From assembly GCA_963847185.1 (NCBI GenBank), contig CAWJYV010000008.1, positions 416,001 to 480,000 on the forward strand: a DNA stretch of 64,000 nt, in the 5' to 3' direction. Position numbers and translations under genes: made by a program. Within the stretch, counting starts at the first letter, position 1; each line of letters starts with the position of its first letter. Positions 8,937 to 21,870 of the stretch are shown one piece after another. The notes under the pieces were generated by a model that was not told the DNA's origin, made no database searches, and was given only the letters and a program-made list of their open reading frames with translations. This stretch comes from an uncultured Methanosarcinaceae archaeon (GTDB lineage: Archaea > Halobacteriota > Methanosarcinia > Methanosarcinales > Methanosarcinaceae).

Positions 8937-11087
8937 TCAGCGTATTCTTGAACCCGGCTTTATCTCTTTGTCCGGCATCAGGGCTGCTACGATATCTGCA
9001 CCGTTGTCGGCTGCAAGCATCATGCCGTTTGATTCGACTCCACAGAGTTTGGCAGGTTTCAGATTTGCAAGGACAATTATGTATTTTCCTACAAGCTCTT
9101 CAGGTGTGTAATACGAAGACATACCTGCAACAAGCTGTCTTGGCTTTTCCTCACCGATATCCACTTCAACCCTAAGGAGTTTTTTGGACTTTTTCACGGG
9201 CTCGGCGTGTAGAACTTTTCCTACTCTGATGTCGAGTTTTGCAAAATCATCGTACTCGATCAGAGGAAGGGTTACCTTTTGTTCTACTTCTTTTTGTCCA
9301 GCTTCTTCAGCTTTTGCTTTTTCCGGTTTTGCGGCTTCTTCTCCAGAGCCCATCCCTTCGGATTTTGAGGGTACTTTATTGTTTCCCTTTGCTGCAGCTT
9401 TCTTTGCATTAGCGGCTTGCACTCTCTGGTTTGCGATCTCTTCCATTTCCCCGATTCTGTCGTCTTCCAGTTTGGTGAAAAGGATCTCGGGTTTTGCTAA
9501 TTTTGTGCCTGGGCTTAGGGGTACAAGAGCTTCATCATACAGGATTGTATGCAGGTCTCCTTCCTGCCCGAGTTCTTTCCAGGCATTTTCCATGGTTTGT
9601 GGGATCACGGGCTCAAAGATGAGACTGAGGGCTTTTGCCAGGTGGAGACAGTTGTAGAGTACTTTTCCACAGGCTTCTTTATCCTGTTTTATGAGGCTCC
9701 AGGGTTCATGGGACTGGAAATAGGTGTTTCCAAAAGAGGCAAGGGCCATTGCAGAATCAACAGCTTTTTTGAACTCGTACTCAGCCATTGCTGCTTTTAC
9801 TTCTTTCAGAGCCTTTTCTATTTCCTTTTTCACTTCGGGTTCAAGTTCTCCTTCAGGAACTTCTCCGTAGTTTTTGAAGGCAAAGAGCATTGTCCTGTAC
9901 AGGAAATTGCCAAGGACAGCTACCAGTTCAGTGTTGATCTTTTCCTGAAGCACACGCCAGGAGAAGTTCAGTTCCTTTGTATGGGAGGTGTAGCTCGCCA
10001 GGTAGTACCTCAGAAGATCCGGATGGAAACCGTGGTCAAGATAATCTTCTCCTACCCAGACTACATAGCCTCTGGTCTTGGAAAACTTTTTGTCTTCGAT
10101 TTTTACCATTCCTGAAGCTACAACAGCAGTCGGGACCGAGTAGTCTGTCCCTTTAAGCATGGCGGGCCAGAAGATGCAATGATGATAAGTTATGTCTCCT
10201 CCTATGAAATGGACAATCTCTCCATCATTTTTCCAGTACTTCTCCCAGGAATCTCCTGCCTGAGCAGCCCATTCTTCGGTAAAAGCAATGTAACCTATGG
10301 GAGCATCAACCCATACATAGACCACAAGGTCATCATGTCCAGGGAATTTTACTCCCCATTCCAGATTTCTTGTAATGCACCAGTCTGTGAGCCCCTGCTT
10401 TACCCATCCCAGAGCGTAATTTCTGGCATTGATAGTTCCCCCAAGGTCATTTGAAAGATAGTCCATCAGGTAATCACTGAACTCGGAAAGCTTGAAAAAG
10501 AAATGTTCCTGCTGGCGGTATTCGGCAGGGCCTCCGCAGATTGTACAGACAGGATTCTGAAGTTCTCCTGGTTCCAGATGTTTTCCGCATCCCTGGTCAC
10601 ATTCGTCTCCTCTTGCTGTTTCTCCACAGTGAGGGCAGGCTCCTTCAACATAACGGTCAGGGAGGAAGCGGTTACAGCTGGGGCAGTAAGCTATCTCTAT
10701 GATTTTTGGATATACGTACCCCTTTTCAATCAGCTTGTTAACAATATCAAGAGTCCTGTTATGATTTTCAGGATCGTCTGTTGTCCCGAAAGCATCAAAG
10801 TAAACACCCAGACTCTTGAAAGTCTCATCAAAATGTTTATGGTAGATCTCTACAAGTTCTTTAGGAGTGATCCCTAGTTCCTCGGCGTTCACGACAATAG
10901 GTGTGCCGTGAGTATCTGAGCCACACACAAAAGTAACTTCCCTCCCTTCTTTCTTCAGGGAGCGGGCAAAAATATCCGCGGGTACGTAGGTGCGGAGATG
11001 CCCTATATGGGCCTTACCGTTCGCATAAGGCAGGCCGCAGGTGATAAGTACGGGTTTAGTGGATGATTCTGGCATTATTATCCCCAT
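8937..11087 (-). CDS. metG: Methionyl-tRNA synthetase with C-terminal tRNA-binding domain
   Basis: [12 protein letters not shown], Zn knuckles, [19 protein letters not shown] domain; start may be Met5 (11075). Confidence 0.98.
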   Translation of the reverse strand: MGIIMPESSTKPVLITCGLPYANGKAHIGHLRTYVPADIFARSLKKEGREVTFVCGSDTHGTPIVVNAEELGITPKELVEIYHKHFDETFKSLGVYFDAFGTTDDPENHNRTLDIVNKLIEKGYVYPKIIEIAYCPSCNRFLPDRYVEGACPHCGETARGDECDQGCGKHLEPGELQNPVCTICGGPAEYRQQEHFFFKLSEFSDYLMDYLSNDLGGTINARNYALGWVKQGLTDWCITRNLEWGVKFPGHDDLVVYVWVDAPIGYIAFTEEWAAQAGDSWEKYWKNDGEIVHFIGGDITYHHCIFWPAMLKGTDYSVPTAVVASGMVKIEDKKFSKTRGYVVWVGEDYLDHGFHPDLLRYYLASYTSHTKELNFSWRVLQEKINTELVAVLGNFLYRTMLFAFKNYGEVPEGELEPEVKKEIEKALKEVKAAMAEYEFKKAVDSAMALASFGNTYFQSHEPWSLIKQDKEACGKVLYNCLHLAKALSLIFEPVIPQTMENAWKELGQEGDLHTILYDEALVPLSPGTKLAKPEILFTKLEDDRIGEMEEIANQRVQAANAKKAAAKGNNKVPSKSEGMGSGEEAAKPEKAKAEEAGQKEVEQKVTLPLIEYDDFAKLDIRVGKVLHAEPVKKSKKLLRVEVDIGEEKPRQLVAGMSSYYTPEELVGKYIIVLANLKPAKLCGVESNGMMLAADNGADIVAALMPDKEIKPGSRIR

Positions 11088-11446
11088 CTATTTTTTGTGA
11101 ATATATGTTCTTTCGATGACTGCAATTTTGAAATATGTTTCGCTTATTGTGTTTTTTACAAGGTAATCTATCTGAGGGATTGTTAATAATCTTATATATA
11201 GAAGGGTAGAATGTAGAGAAATATTTATAATAGCTCCTACATTTCAAACTGTCACGTAGATTTTATTAATCTGCAGGTAATCAACCTGCAAATGTGTGCG
11301 CAGTTATCTGCAAATAACTAATCTGTAGGTTATCTGTCTTGCAGTTACCTGCTCAGTATTAAAATGTCTGGAGTTTTCATTAAAGTTATTAACGGGGCAT
11401 GATCGGAGTTTAAAACGAAAAATCCACATATGCGGTCCTGTAAGAT

Positions 11447-12655
11447 ATGAACGATAAAATTATTAATTCAGAAGGCACGAGTCCAGAAGAGATATCTGGA
11501 GATGAGATCGTAAAAAATAGTGCATATGATGAGAAAGAGAGTCCGATCTCTAGTATGGGTATTTCCAACACTGGAGAAAAATCTTATGATTATGGTCCTT
11601 CCTCGAGTGCCCCAAGTTCCGGGGAAATGGTTTCCCAGGAATCTCCCTCAGGAGTTCCCGAAAGAAATAACGAAGCTCTTATACAGAGAAATGAGAGTGG
11701 AAATCCGAGCATTAATCCGGCCTCTTCTCCACACAAGAAAAAGAACAGCTTGCCTTACGTGCTGGTTATATTAGGTTTACTTGCTGTTATACTTGCCAGT
11801 ACCGCTGCAATTTTCTACGGTTTTGGTTTTGGAAGGGATATCGGGAGTCATGATAAGGTAGCTATCATCTATGTCCAGGGAACTATCCTTACAGGAAATG
11901 TTCCTGAAGGGCTTGGCTATGCAACTTCAGAAGAAATTTCAGAAAACCTCCGCAGTGCTGTAGCGGATAAAAACGTTAAAGCGATTGTTCTTCGGGTCAA
12001 TAGTCCGGGCGGGTCTCCTGCTGGAGCTCAGGAAATTGTGGAAGAAATTAAAAGAGCCCAGAAGCATGGGGTTCCTATTGTTATATCCATGGGAGATCTT
12101 GCGACCAGTGCAGGGTATTATATTTCTGCTCCTGCAGATTATATTATTGCAAATCCCTCTACAAATACCGGATCTATAGGAGTTATCTGGACTTTTCAGA
12201 ATGCGTCTGCTTACAACAAGCAACAAGGTATAGATTATTATGTTTCAAAATCCGGGGAATTTAAAGATATGGGAAGTACCTCAAGAGGGCTCACGGATGA
12301 TGAAAAAGAATATGCTGACTCTTTAGTTATGGAAGTTTATGAAAACTTTGTAACCACGGTTTCCGAAGGAAGGAATCTGAGCAGAAGCGATGTAAAAGCC
12401 ATTGCAGACGGTCGTATATATACTGGAATCACAGCAAAGGAGCTTGGTCTTGTAGACGATATTGGGAATCTTTATGATTCAATTGACAAGGCTGCAGAGC
12501 TTGGGGGAATTGCAGGAGAGCCTAAAGTCATTTACATGAATAGGGTAAGTATCTCAAAGCTGCTTCTAGGCTCAGATTCCGGGGGATCTAACGAGACGGT
12601 CAGGCAATTTGTCAGTTATTTCGAAGAAAGCCAATATGGAAAACTCCTCGTTTAA
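11447..12655 (+). CDS. sppA: Signal peptide peptidase SppA (S49)
   Basis: LRVNSPGGS, ATSAGYYI, TGSIGV, KSGEFKDMGS; single TM segment. Confidence 0.93.
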   Translation: MNDKIINSEGTSPEEISGDEIVKNSAYDEKESPISSMGISNTGEKSYDYGPSSSAPSSGEMVSQESPSGVPERNNEALIQRNESGNPSINPASSPHKKKNSLPYVLVILGLLAVILASTAAIFYGFGFGRDIGSHDKVAIIYVQGTILTGNVPEGLGYATSEEISENLRSAVADKNVKAIVLRVNSPGGSPAGAQEIVEEIKRAQKHGVPIVISMGDLATSAGYYISAPADYIIANPSTNTGSIGVIWTFQNASAYNKQQGIDYYVSKSGEFKDMGSTSRGLTDDEKEYADSLVMEVYENFVTTVSEGRNLSRSDVKAIADGRIYTGITAKELGLVDDIGNLYDSIDKAAELGGIAGEPKVIYMNRVSISKLLLGSDSGGSNETVRQFVSYFEESQYGKLLV

Positions 12656-12838
12656 AACACTTAGGCAAATGTCAATAAAAACGATAATATTCTTTTCCAA
12701 TTGTAACCAATTGAGAAACTCCTTTTTTCAACTCTTTTTTCAACTCTTTTTAACTTCATATTTTTACTTTCTATTTTTATCCCCTTAAATTGGATCTCAA
12801 TCAGTTTTGTTGGGGATCTGCATAAATTTGCAGTTTAG

Positions 12839-14155
<1,317 letters not shown>

Positions 14156-14231
14156 GTTTGTAGATTACTTCGATATCTCTAATATCTTCTTTTAATTTTA
14201 TTTTATTTTATTTTTTAATTTTCTTTTCCTC

Positions 14232-16217
14232 TCAGCTTTCTTCAGTTGAATTCCCTACCTTTCTCCTGCAGAGTTTGTCCAGAAGCAGAATATTGTCAAG
14301 CATCAGGGATGCGCTCCATCCTAATGGAATTGCCCAGGCAGGTTTGCCTGTGGATTTATCCACCTGTTCAGGGAGGAGTCCTGTACTGGTTGCCCCGGCA
14401 AGGGCCCATTTAAGGCAGTTAATTCCTTCACTTGTCAATCTTTTTACATTTTCTTCATACTTTCCCTCTTTCTCGGGGGGAAGATCAAGGGCAAGGGCAA
14501 ACATTGCTTCCGAAAGCCAGAGAGTAGCTACTATCCATGGGTTTCCATCAATGTAACTATCGTTTTCGTACCTTTTGATTCCGTAACCCTGATTAACAGG
14601 CATTGAGAGCTTCTTCTGGATATTTTCTATCATAAATAGGATTATATCCTTTTCTACAGGATCTTTCGGGGACAGCATTCCAAAGGGAATATAAGTACCC
14701 AGAATGCTTATATCCATGACTTTGTCCAGTTTCTCGTTAATTATTCCTTTTGCAAAATAACCTTCCGGAAGCCAGAAACGATCAATTGTAGCCTGTTTGA
14801 TAAATTCAGCTCTTTTTTTCCAGCGCCTTGCCATTCCAGCTTCTTCATTTTCTTCAGCTAAATGGGAGGCGCCCATGAGCCCGGCATAGATTGAGGCATT
14901 TGTATATGTGAAAATTCCATAATAAGTTTCCCACAGGTCCATACAGCTTTCGTGAAGCCCGGATTTAGTCCGTTTCATTAGATATTCGGCACCCCTGAGT
15001 ACGGAAACCCATACCTCTTCCAGAAACTCAACTTTGTTCAGGCCTTCAAGAATCCTGTAGTAGACGTCCATGGCATAAAGAGTGGATCCAGTTTCGTCTA
15101 TCTGAGTCGAGTAATCAAAATTACCCCATGAAGGAGCTATATCCCCATTGAGCCAGTAACGCTGAAACCAGGAGCCGTCAGGAAGCTGAGTTCTTATGCA
15201 CCATTTGAAAAATCTATCGCAATACTCCGGATATCCAGAGTGTTTGAGTGCGAGTACAATCTCCGATGTATCTCTGTTCCAGCAAAATCCGTACCCTCCG
15301 CATTTCTCAAAATTGGAGTCAAACTCCGGAGCAGCTACAAAGGATCCGTATTCCCGGTCATTAAGAAGGTAAAGCATGAGAAGAGCTCGATTGTAGGCAC
15401 CCAAAAGCTCCTGTCGCAGGTTATTTTGTCCTTCTATCGCTGGCATTTTGAGCACCTGCTTTTTAGCAAGCCACATAACCCAGTGTTCTCGTGTTTTTTC
15501 GAAAATATGTTCCAGAGACAGTTTGGAGAGTTCGTGCATTCTTTTATAAAGAAGACTCCGGGAAGAAGCAGCCCCTATCAGGATTACAAACTCATTTGCT
15601 CCGTCAGCTTCCAGTTCAAGATCCCAGCCGGCAACGTTGTTAATATTTCCAATATCTTCCTTATTCTTCTGTAATTTCCCATCTTCCATATCATATTTGG
15701 AGTTTGTCCACCATATGGTGTCCATAGCCTTTCCAATCTGCCACTCTGTAAATTCCGGTAGAGAATGAAGTCCTATGTAATAGTTTTGCCAGTATTGAAC
15801 AAGCAGGCGAGCACTCACATCGCAAAATCCTGAATTTTTCTTAGAAGTTTCCCCTACGTTGAAGTTCGAGTAGTAGAAGAACTTCCCTGAAATCTTTTTC
15901 TGGGACTGTATCTTAAATCTGCGGATAAGGACTGGCACGTCGGGATGCACAAGGTCAAGAATCGAAATTCGAATCCCAGAATCGTGATAGAGCTTCGTGG
16001 ATACTATGTTGGTGTCCTCTATATAATTTTGAATGGAATGCCAGTCATTTTCATTTGTCCAGTGAAGTTTTTCTCCTGTGTGAATGCAGGCAAGGGATTC
16101 TTCAACATGCTGTGCATGGTCTCTTCGGGGATAAAAATAGCCTAGTATCTCTCCTTTCCTTCCCATTGTTACAAGCAGTTCGTCATTTCCAAGAATGACG
16201 TTTGGTTGTCTAATCAC
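14232..16217 (-). CDS. GH15 glucoamylase-like glycoside hydrolase
   Basis: GYGFCWNRD, QIDETG, DLWE, GLLPEQV, PLGWS motifs. Confidence 0.9.
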   Translation of the reverse strand: MIRQPNVILGNDELLVTMGRKGEILGYFYPRRDHAQHVEESLACIHTGEKLHWTNENDWHSIQNYIEDTNIVSTKLYHDSGIRISILDLVHPDVPVLIRRFKIQSQKKISGKFFYYSNFNVGETSKKNSGFCDVSARLLVQYWQNYYIGLHSLPEFTEWQIGKAMDTIWWTNSKYDMEDGKLQKNKEDIGNINNVAGWDLELEADGANEFVILIGAASSRSLLYKRMHELSKLSLEHIFEKTREHWVMWLAKKQVLKMPAIEGQNNLRQELLGAYNRALLMLYLLNDREYGSFVAAPEFDSNFEKCGGYGFCWNRDTSEIVLALKHSGYPEYCDRFFKWCIRTQLPDGSWFQRYWLNGDIAPSWGNFDYSTQIDETGSTLYAMDVYYRILEGLNKVEFLEEVWVSVLRGAEYLMKRTKSGLHESCMDLWETYYGIFTYTNASIYAGLMGASHLAEENEEAGMARRWKKRAEFIKQATIDRFWLPEGYFAKGIINEKLDKVMDISILGTYIPFGMLSPKDPVEKDIILFMIENIQKKLSMPVNQGYGIKRYENDSYIDGNPWIVATLWLSEAMFALALDLPPEKEGKYEENVKRLTSEGINCLKWALAGATSTGLLPEQVDKSTGKPAWAIPLGWSASLMLDNILLLDKLCRRKVGNSTEES

Positions 16218-17032
16218 TGGGGCTCCCCTCTGGTCTGATATTCCTGACTTGTACCGCCTGAAGGAGCTGGTGAGATTATATGCTCGCAGAACTTCTTTCC
16301 AGTAGCCTTACAACTGACTTCCCTCACACTTATGTTCTTCCCGAAATATTCGGTCAGGTAACCTGCAAAATAGCCACTCATGAAGGCGCAAACCGGCTGG
16401 TCCGAAGCTCCGTAAACATCGGCTATAAAAGAATCTTTAACAATGATTTTTCCTTCATAAGTCTTGAGATCACATTCGATTTCCAGTATTCCCCAGCCTA
16501 CGCCCCTGTATAATTCCGCAATCATATTTGCGAAATTGCTGTCATTTAGAGGCATAATACTCTTAAAATATTTTGCTGCATGAATCCCTCCTTTAAGTCC
16601 CGAAAGGGTCAGAAGTCCCTCTGCATGCGGCACACTTTCGTTAAGAGTTTTCATAATGTCAACAATTGTGAGCGCTCTTGCTATGACCCCCCTGACCCCT
16701 ATGACATTAAGGGGAAAATCCACAGAATGAATCATCCCATATTCTGAAGTCCCCCACTCTACTTCGCTTACTATTTCCAAGTCCTTTATTTTTTGAGCTA
16801 GGGTCTCAGGATCAGTATCTTTTTTAAGTTCGGTGAATATTGAATATTCTCCTGTATTTTGTGTAAGGTTATCCAGGTGCCCAAATAGAACGGATACATT
16901 TTCTTTTTCAAGAAAATCAGATATTAAGGATAAAGATCCACGCTCTTTCGAATAGATAATCTTGAACCATACAATCTGCGAATCTTCATTGAAGCCTGCA
17001 AACGTGAATAAATCTTTAACCATGTGACTCAA
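16214..17032 (-). CDS. ACT-like plus V4R domain protein
   Basis: GVGWG...PVCAFMSGYFAG...VREVSCKATGKKFCEH V4R signature; 4-nt overlap with the GH15 gene. Confidence 0.8.
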   Translation of the reverse strand: MSHMVKDLFTFAGFNEDSQIVWFKIIYSKERGSLSLISDFLEKENVSVLFGHLDNLTQNTGEYSIFTELKKDTDPETLAQKIKDLEIVSEVEWGTSEYGMIHSVDFPLNVIGVRGVIARALTIVDIMKTLNESVPHAEGLLTLSGLKGGIHAAKYFKSIMPLNDSNFANMIAELYRGVGWGILEIECDLKTYEGKIIVKDSFIADVYGASDQPVCAFMSGYFAGYLTEYFGKNISVREVSCKATGKKFCEHIISPAPSGGTSQEYQTRGEPQ

Positions 17033-17061
17033 ACTCCCTTAATTAATATGTATACATTTCA

Positions 17062-18258
17062 TTAAGCTATTGCGCTAAGTTTTCTGAATACCTGAGCTTT
17101 GAAATCCATAAGCACAGCCATGAAATTGACTGCTGCTTCGAAGGGTGTGGAGTGGACACTGAAATAAGAATGCACATCTCCGTCCCCGAGCCACTTTGTG
17201 CACATATAGTAATAGTGATCCGAGGTAAGCAGGTGTTTCCATATGCGTAGAATTTCAGGGTCTTTAGTTTTTTTCACAAAAGGTTCAAGTAATTTTATTT
17301 CTTCAAAACAGCGTCTTTGCATGTCATTTCCAAGCCATGCACTTGTGTCACGTTCCATATCAGCCCAGGAAATGGTGGAAAAATCTCCTATATCTATCTC
17401 AGCTACAGGTGAAAGTTTCTCTATAATTTCAAGGGGTGTACTGAAACTCAGGTTAGTCTTGAGGACTTCTCCAGGGAGCTTTTGCAGGAAGTCAAAAATT
17501 CCTGTTTCTTTCCACTGGTGCTCTCCAAAGGTCTCATAATCCATAAAAATATTAATACACTCCCCTTTTACCCCAGAAGCCCAGGATGCCCATTTTTCCG
17601 CAGTCAGAGGGTATTCTTCCCACCACCTTGATGAAAAACGATATCCAATGTCATCACTAAGCTTGTAGTTCCTGAAGATAATAGGAAGTCCTGAACCCGT
17701 TGCCCTGTAAAGGGTGTTAGGGGACCTCCCATCAAGTATGTGGTCCGCACCTTCAGCGAGGATTGCCTTATATCCGAGATCAGATGCAATCTTTGCTATT
17801 GTGTTATTGTAAAGCAGTTCGGTATTTCGGAATACCTGAGGTTTAACCCCGAGAAGGTCATTCATGGCTTCTGTATGTTCTTTTATCTCTTCCACAAACT
17901 CCGTTTTGTCTTCAAAAAGGCTTGAAAGGGAATGATAGAAAGTCTCGTCTAGAAATTCCACAGCTCCTGTTTCCGCCATCTGTTGAAAGCCTTCAAGCAC
18001 TTCTTTCCCCCAGAGTTCACATTGTTCGAGCAGGGTTCCTGTAAGAGAAAGAGCAAACCTGAATTCTCCTCGATGCTCGTCAATAGAATCAAGGAGAGAA
18101 TTATTGGCAGGAATATAGCACTTCTTAGCTACTCTTTCAAAGATTTCCCTGTTGCTTCTCTTATCAAAATAGCGGAAAAAACCTGATTTGTCGTCAGGCC
18201 AGAATCTGCGCAGTCTAAAGGGCTGATGCACCTGGAAATACATGCAGACTGATGTCAT
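17062..18258 (-). CDS. GH57 alpha-amylase family protein
   Basis: VHQP, ETFYHSL, FRNTEL (nucleophile), DYETFGEH (acid/base), LTSDHYYY. Confidence 0.92.
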   Translation of the reverse strand: MTSVCMYFQVHQPFRLRRFWPDDKSGFFRYFDKRSNREIFERVAKKCYIPANNSLLDSIDEHRGEFRFALSLTGTLLEQCELWGKEVLEGFQQMAETGAVEFLDETFYHSLSSLFEDKTEFVEEIKEHTEAMNDLLGVKPQVFRNTELLYNNTIAKIASDLGYKAILAEGADHILDGRSPNTLYRATGSGLPIIFRNYKLSDDIGYRFSSRWWEEYPLTAEKWASWASGVKGECINIFMDYETFGEHQWKETGIFDFLQKLPGEVLKTNLSFSTPLEIIEKLSPVAEIDIGDFSTISWADMERDTSAWLGNDMQRRCFEEIKLLEPFVKKTKDPEILRIWKHLLTSDHYYYMCTKWLGDGDVHSYFSVHSTPFEAAVNFMAVLMDFKAQVFRKLSAIA

Positions 18259-19391
18259 GCTTTCTCCTCCAGGACTGCTCTCCTGAGATCAGAGAGGATA
18301 GAAAAATAGTTTACAGCTCTTTCATACCCTTCCCTAGTATTCCCAGGGTTCATAGAAAAGAATATCTCACTCTGCTGAAGGTAACCGTACACATTTTTTA
18401 ATTTCAAGTAATTTTCACTTTTCTTAATTTCTGAAAGTTCCTCTCCGACTCTTATCAATTCGCGCAGATAGAGTTGTTGAGCGTGATTCCCAAGTGCATT
18501 GTGCATTCCGTAACGAATTGTCTTCTCGGTCCCAAGAGTAGGAAGCCTTAAAGGTTTAAATTTCTCTACAGCTTCGTAAGGAGTGAGCATTTCAATGCCT
18601 CGGATTTTAAGAGCTTCTGGAAAATCTCTTATAAAATCGGCTATCATACTCTTATTTTTGTAGTGAAGGCAGAGATTTGTATAGTTTAAATAAAGGGTCA
18701 GGACATCTCCTTCCATACTGGTTATCCAGTCTGCAAACTTTTCCGGAATAAGAGGATAGCCTTCCCATTTTTTCTCTGAAAAACGCAGCTCAAGATCCTC
18801 GCTAAGATTTATATGCCTTAGTAAAGTAGGAATTCGATTTTCAAAGAGATTTAGAGGGTCACGCCCATCCAGAAGATTTCTGGATCCTTCCGCAATAAGA
18901 CAGCTGAAACCCAGGTCGGAAATAACACTCTCCACTCTTTCAATGTAGAGAAGTTCGGTATTTACGAAGGTTCTGGGAACAACTCCTAATAATTCCCTGA
19001 TCATCTCCCTGTGAACGAGTACTTCTTCCTTAAACTGGGAAAGGTCTGGATACAGGGAACTCAGGGAATGGTGACTGCAGCTGCCTGTAAACTCTACGCT
19101 GCCGCTCTCCCCGAGTTCGTGGAAAGATTCGAGAAGTTCCGGATCCCATCTGCATTGTTCAAGGAAAGGTCCGGATAAATCAAAGGAATATTTTCCCCCT
19201 CTTTCTATAGATTCCATAAATATTTCGTTAAGGCGCAGAATCTGTCTGCTTGCATTTAAAAACTTTAGAAAAATATTGTTCCAGTCAAAATACCGGTCCA
19301 TCTCAGGCACCCCGGAAAAACCCTCTACAGGCCAGTACCACTTTGGACTGTAAGGCAGATGCACTCCCATACAGATGCATACAGCTTTCAT
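18255..19391 (-). CDS. GH57-like paralog, probably catalytically degenerate
   Basis: Colinear with the neighbouring GH57; VHLP and FVNTEL kept, but DYETFGEH is replaced by NYTNLCLH. Confidence 0.85.
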   Translation of the reverse strand: MKAVCICMGVHLPYSPKWYWPVEGFSGVPEMDRYFDWNNIFLKFLNASRQILRLNEIFMESIERGGKYSFDLSGPFLEQCRWDPELLESFHELGESGSVEFTGSCSHHSLSSLYPDLSQFKEEVLVHREMIRELLGVVPRTFVNTELLYIERVESVISDLGFSCLIAEGSRNLLDGRDPLNLFENRIPTLLRHINLSEDLELRFSEKKWEGYPLIPEKFADWITSMEGDVLTLYLNYTNLCLHYKNKSMIADFIRDFPEALKIRGIEMLTPYEAVEKFKPLRLPTLGTEKTIRYGMHNALGNHAQQLYLRELIRVGEELSEIKKSENYLKLKNVYGYLQQSEIFFSMNPGNTREGYERAVNYFSILSDLRRAVLEEKA

Positions 19392-19572
19392 AACAAAGTA
19401 ATCTAGTGCGGAAATATACTAAAAACTATTGTTTGGCTCCTTTTCTAGTATTCGAGTTGAAGTCTTAAAACACAGGAAGATTGTTAAATGCAGAGTTAAA
19501 TAGGATTTATTCTTTAAAAACTCAGGTTAGGAATTGATTTACTAAAAAAGAGAAAGTTAAAATTAGATGGGA

Positions 19573-21723
19573 TTATCCCATCATAAATCTTGTAAGGCTG
19601 CCGTATGCTTCCGAAATTTCCTTCAGGGAAAGGGAAATCTCGAAATCTTTTCCTTTGATCTCCAGGGTATTGCCTTTTACCTTACCGATAACTTTGTGCG
19701 GGACATCTTTGAGGATTTCTTTTACAGACTCGGGTTCGGCTGTAGCAAGCAGGGCCCTTGCGGGAGCTTCTGAGAATAAAAGCTCTTCAGCTTGCATTTC
19801 TGTAATTTCACTCAGGTCTATTTTTGCACCTGAGTTCCTGCACATTCTTGCAAGTCCCGCGCCAATTCCTCCAAGGGAAAGATCATGAGCCGAACTGAGT
19901 TTTCCACTCGTTACAGCTTCGATTATGGCTTTTATAATTGCTGGAGCATTTTTCGGAACCTGAGGCACTTTTCCGGCATTTTGAGCTCCTGAACAGGCAT
20001 AATATTCGGAACCTCCCATCTCCTCAGTTGTTTCCCCTATCAGGAGAATGGTATCTCCGGATTTTGCAAAGAAGCCTGAAGGAAGAAGAGTCTCAAGGTC
20101 TACTTTCCCTATCATTCCTATTGAGGGAGTTGGGAGAATTGCAGTTTTGAATTCGTCACTTTCGTTATACAGAGAGACATTTCCTCCTACTACCGGGATG
20201 GAAAGCTCTCTGGCTGCATCTCCAAGGCCAAGTACGGCATTTTTAAACTGCCAGTAAATCTCCGGCTTATCAGGGTTTCCAAAGTTCAGGCAGTTCACAA
20301 TAGCCAGAGCTTCTGCACCTTTTACAGCAAGATTCATAGCGTTCTCAATAATTGCAGTCTTTCCTCCAGAGTAAGGGTCAAGAAGGGTTATTCTTGGCTG
20401 GCAGCCGCAGGAAAGTGCAATTCCTTTCTTGTCGGTAATTCTGAGTACACCTGAGTCTTCTCCGGGCTTGACGACAGTCCTTAGCTGAACTTCATGGTCG
20501 TATTGTCTGTAAATCCATTCTTTCGAGGCAATATTGTATGAAGACAGGACTTTCAGGAAGCTTTCTTTCAGGTCTTCAGGCGTTTCAGGTTTTTTACCTT
20601 CTTCCCCTTCACGTGGAGCAGGGGCTACCGACGGCTTTTCACAGGTAGGGGCTCCTCCTGTCAGGAAACCTATTGGAATATCCGCAACAATTTCTCCTCC
20701 GAACTCAACGGTATAATTTGGCTCGTCTGTCAAATAGCCAACTACAGCCCCATTAAGATCATATTTTTCTACCAGAGCAAGTACGGCATCAACATTTTCT
20801 GGGGCCACTTCGAAAAGCATGCGTTCCTGAGATTCAGCAAGCAGAATTTCATAAGCATTCATGTTGGGTTCGCGCTGAGGAACGACATCTGTAATAATAC
20901 GGGCTCCGAGCTCTCCCTTTGCGGCAAGTTCAGAGCTTGCTCCTGCCAGCCCTGCGGCTCCAAGATCTTTACAGGATTTGATATAGCCTTTTTCTATGGC
21001 TTCCAGAGTCATTTCTATTACGAGCTTTTCGGTATAAGGATCTCCCACCTGGACGCTTGGTCGGTCTTCGGCTTCGGCTGATTCGGACAGGTCCCTTGAT
21101 GCAAAAGAAGCCCCTCCAAGCCCGTCTTTCCCGGTGCTTGAGCCAGCAAGTATTAGCTTGTTCCCTGCTTTCTGAGAGCGGGCAGTCATTATATTTTCTT
21201 CCCGACAGAGCCCTACTGCGACCACGTTTACCAGTGGGTTCCCACTATATTTTCTGTCAAAGAATGTCTCACCATTGACTACAGGCACTCCTATGCAGTT
21301 TCCATACCCTGCAATTCCTTTAATGATCTGTTCGAAAAGGAAGAGATTTTTCGGAGTGTCAAGAGGTCCGAAGTAAAGAGGGTCCATCAGGGCTATAGGA
21401 CGGGCTCCCATGGAGATTATATCTCTTATTATACCTCCTACTCCGGTAGCAGCTCCGTTGTAAGGATCTACATATGAAGGGTGGTTGTGGCTTTCCATGC
21501 CTATTGCAAGCACGTATCCGTCTTCGAATTTAATTACTGCAGCATCGTCTCCGGGTCCGATAATTACATTTTCACCCGTAGTAGTAAAGGTTTTCAGAAG
21601 AGGAGCACTTGAACGATAAGAACAGTGTTCGCTCCACAAATTTAAAAAACAGCCCTGCTCTACCAGGGTAGGCTCTCTCCCGAGCTCTTTCCTAACTATT
21701 TTCAGATCTTCTTCAGGTAACAT
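19573..21723 (-). CDS. purL: FGAM synthase subunit PurL
   Basis: [35 protein letters not shown]. Confidence 0.98.
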   Translation of the reverse strand: MLPEEDLKIVRKELGREPTLVEQGCFLNLWSEHCSYRSSAPLLKTFTTTGENVIIGPGDDAAVIKFEDGYVLAIGMESHNHPSYVDPYNGAATGVGGIIRDIISMGARPIALMDPLYFGPLDTPKNLFLFEQIIKGIAGYGNCIGVPVVNGETFFDRKYSGNPLVNVVAVGLCREENIMTARSQKAGNKLILAGSSTGKDGLGGASFASRDLSESAEAEDRPSVQVGDPYTEKLVIEMTLEAIEKGYIKSCKDLGAAGLAGASSELAAKGELGARIITDVVPQREPNMNAYEILLAESQERMLFEVAPENVDAVLALVEKYDLNGAVVGYLTDEPNYTVEFGGEIVADIPIGFLTGGAPTCEKPSVAPAPREGEEGKKPETPEDLKESFLKVLSSYNIASKEWIYRQYDHEVQLRTVVKPGEDSGVLRITDKKGIALSCGCQPRITLLDPYSGGKTAIIENAMNLAVKGAEALAIVNCLNFGNPDKPEIYWQFKNAVLGLGDAARELSIPVVGGNVSLYNESDEFKTAILPTPSIGMIGKVDLETLLPSGFFAKSGDTILLIGETTEEMGGSEYYACSGAQNAGKVPQVPKNAPAIIKAIIEAVTSGKLSSAHDLSLGGIGAGLARMCRNSGAKIDLSEITEMQAEELLFSEAPARALLATAEPESVKEILKDVPHKVIGKVKGNTLEIKGKDFEISLSLKEISEAYGSLTRFMMG

Positions 21724-21870
21724 TGCCTTGCCTCTGATTCTTCAAGCCTCTTTTGAATACCGAAGCTCCGGTTTTTTGATATTATTACTTCTTCCTTAAT
21801 TTCAGGATTTTTAGTATAGTGTTAATAGAATATGCGGATAAAGGGGTAGGGGTTAAATAAATATTTCTCA

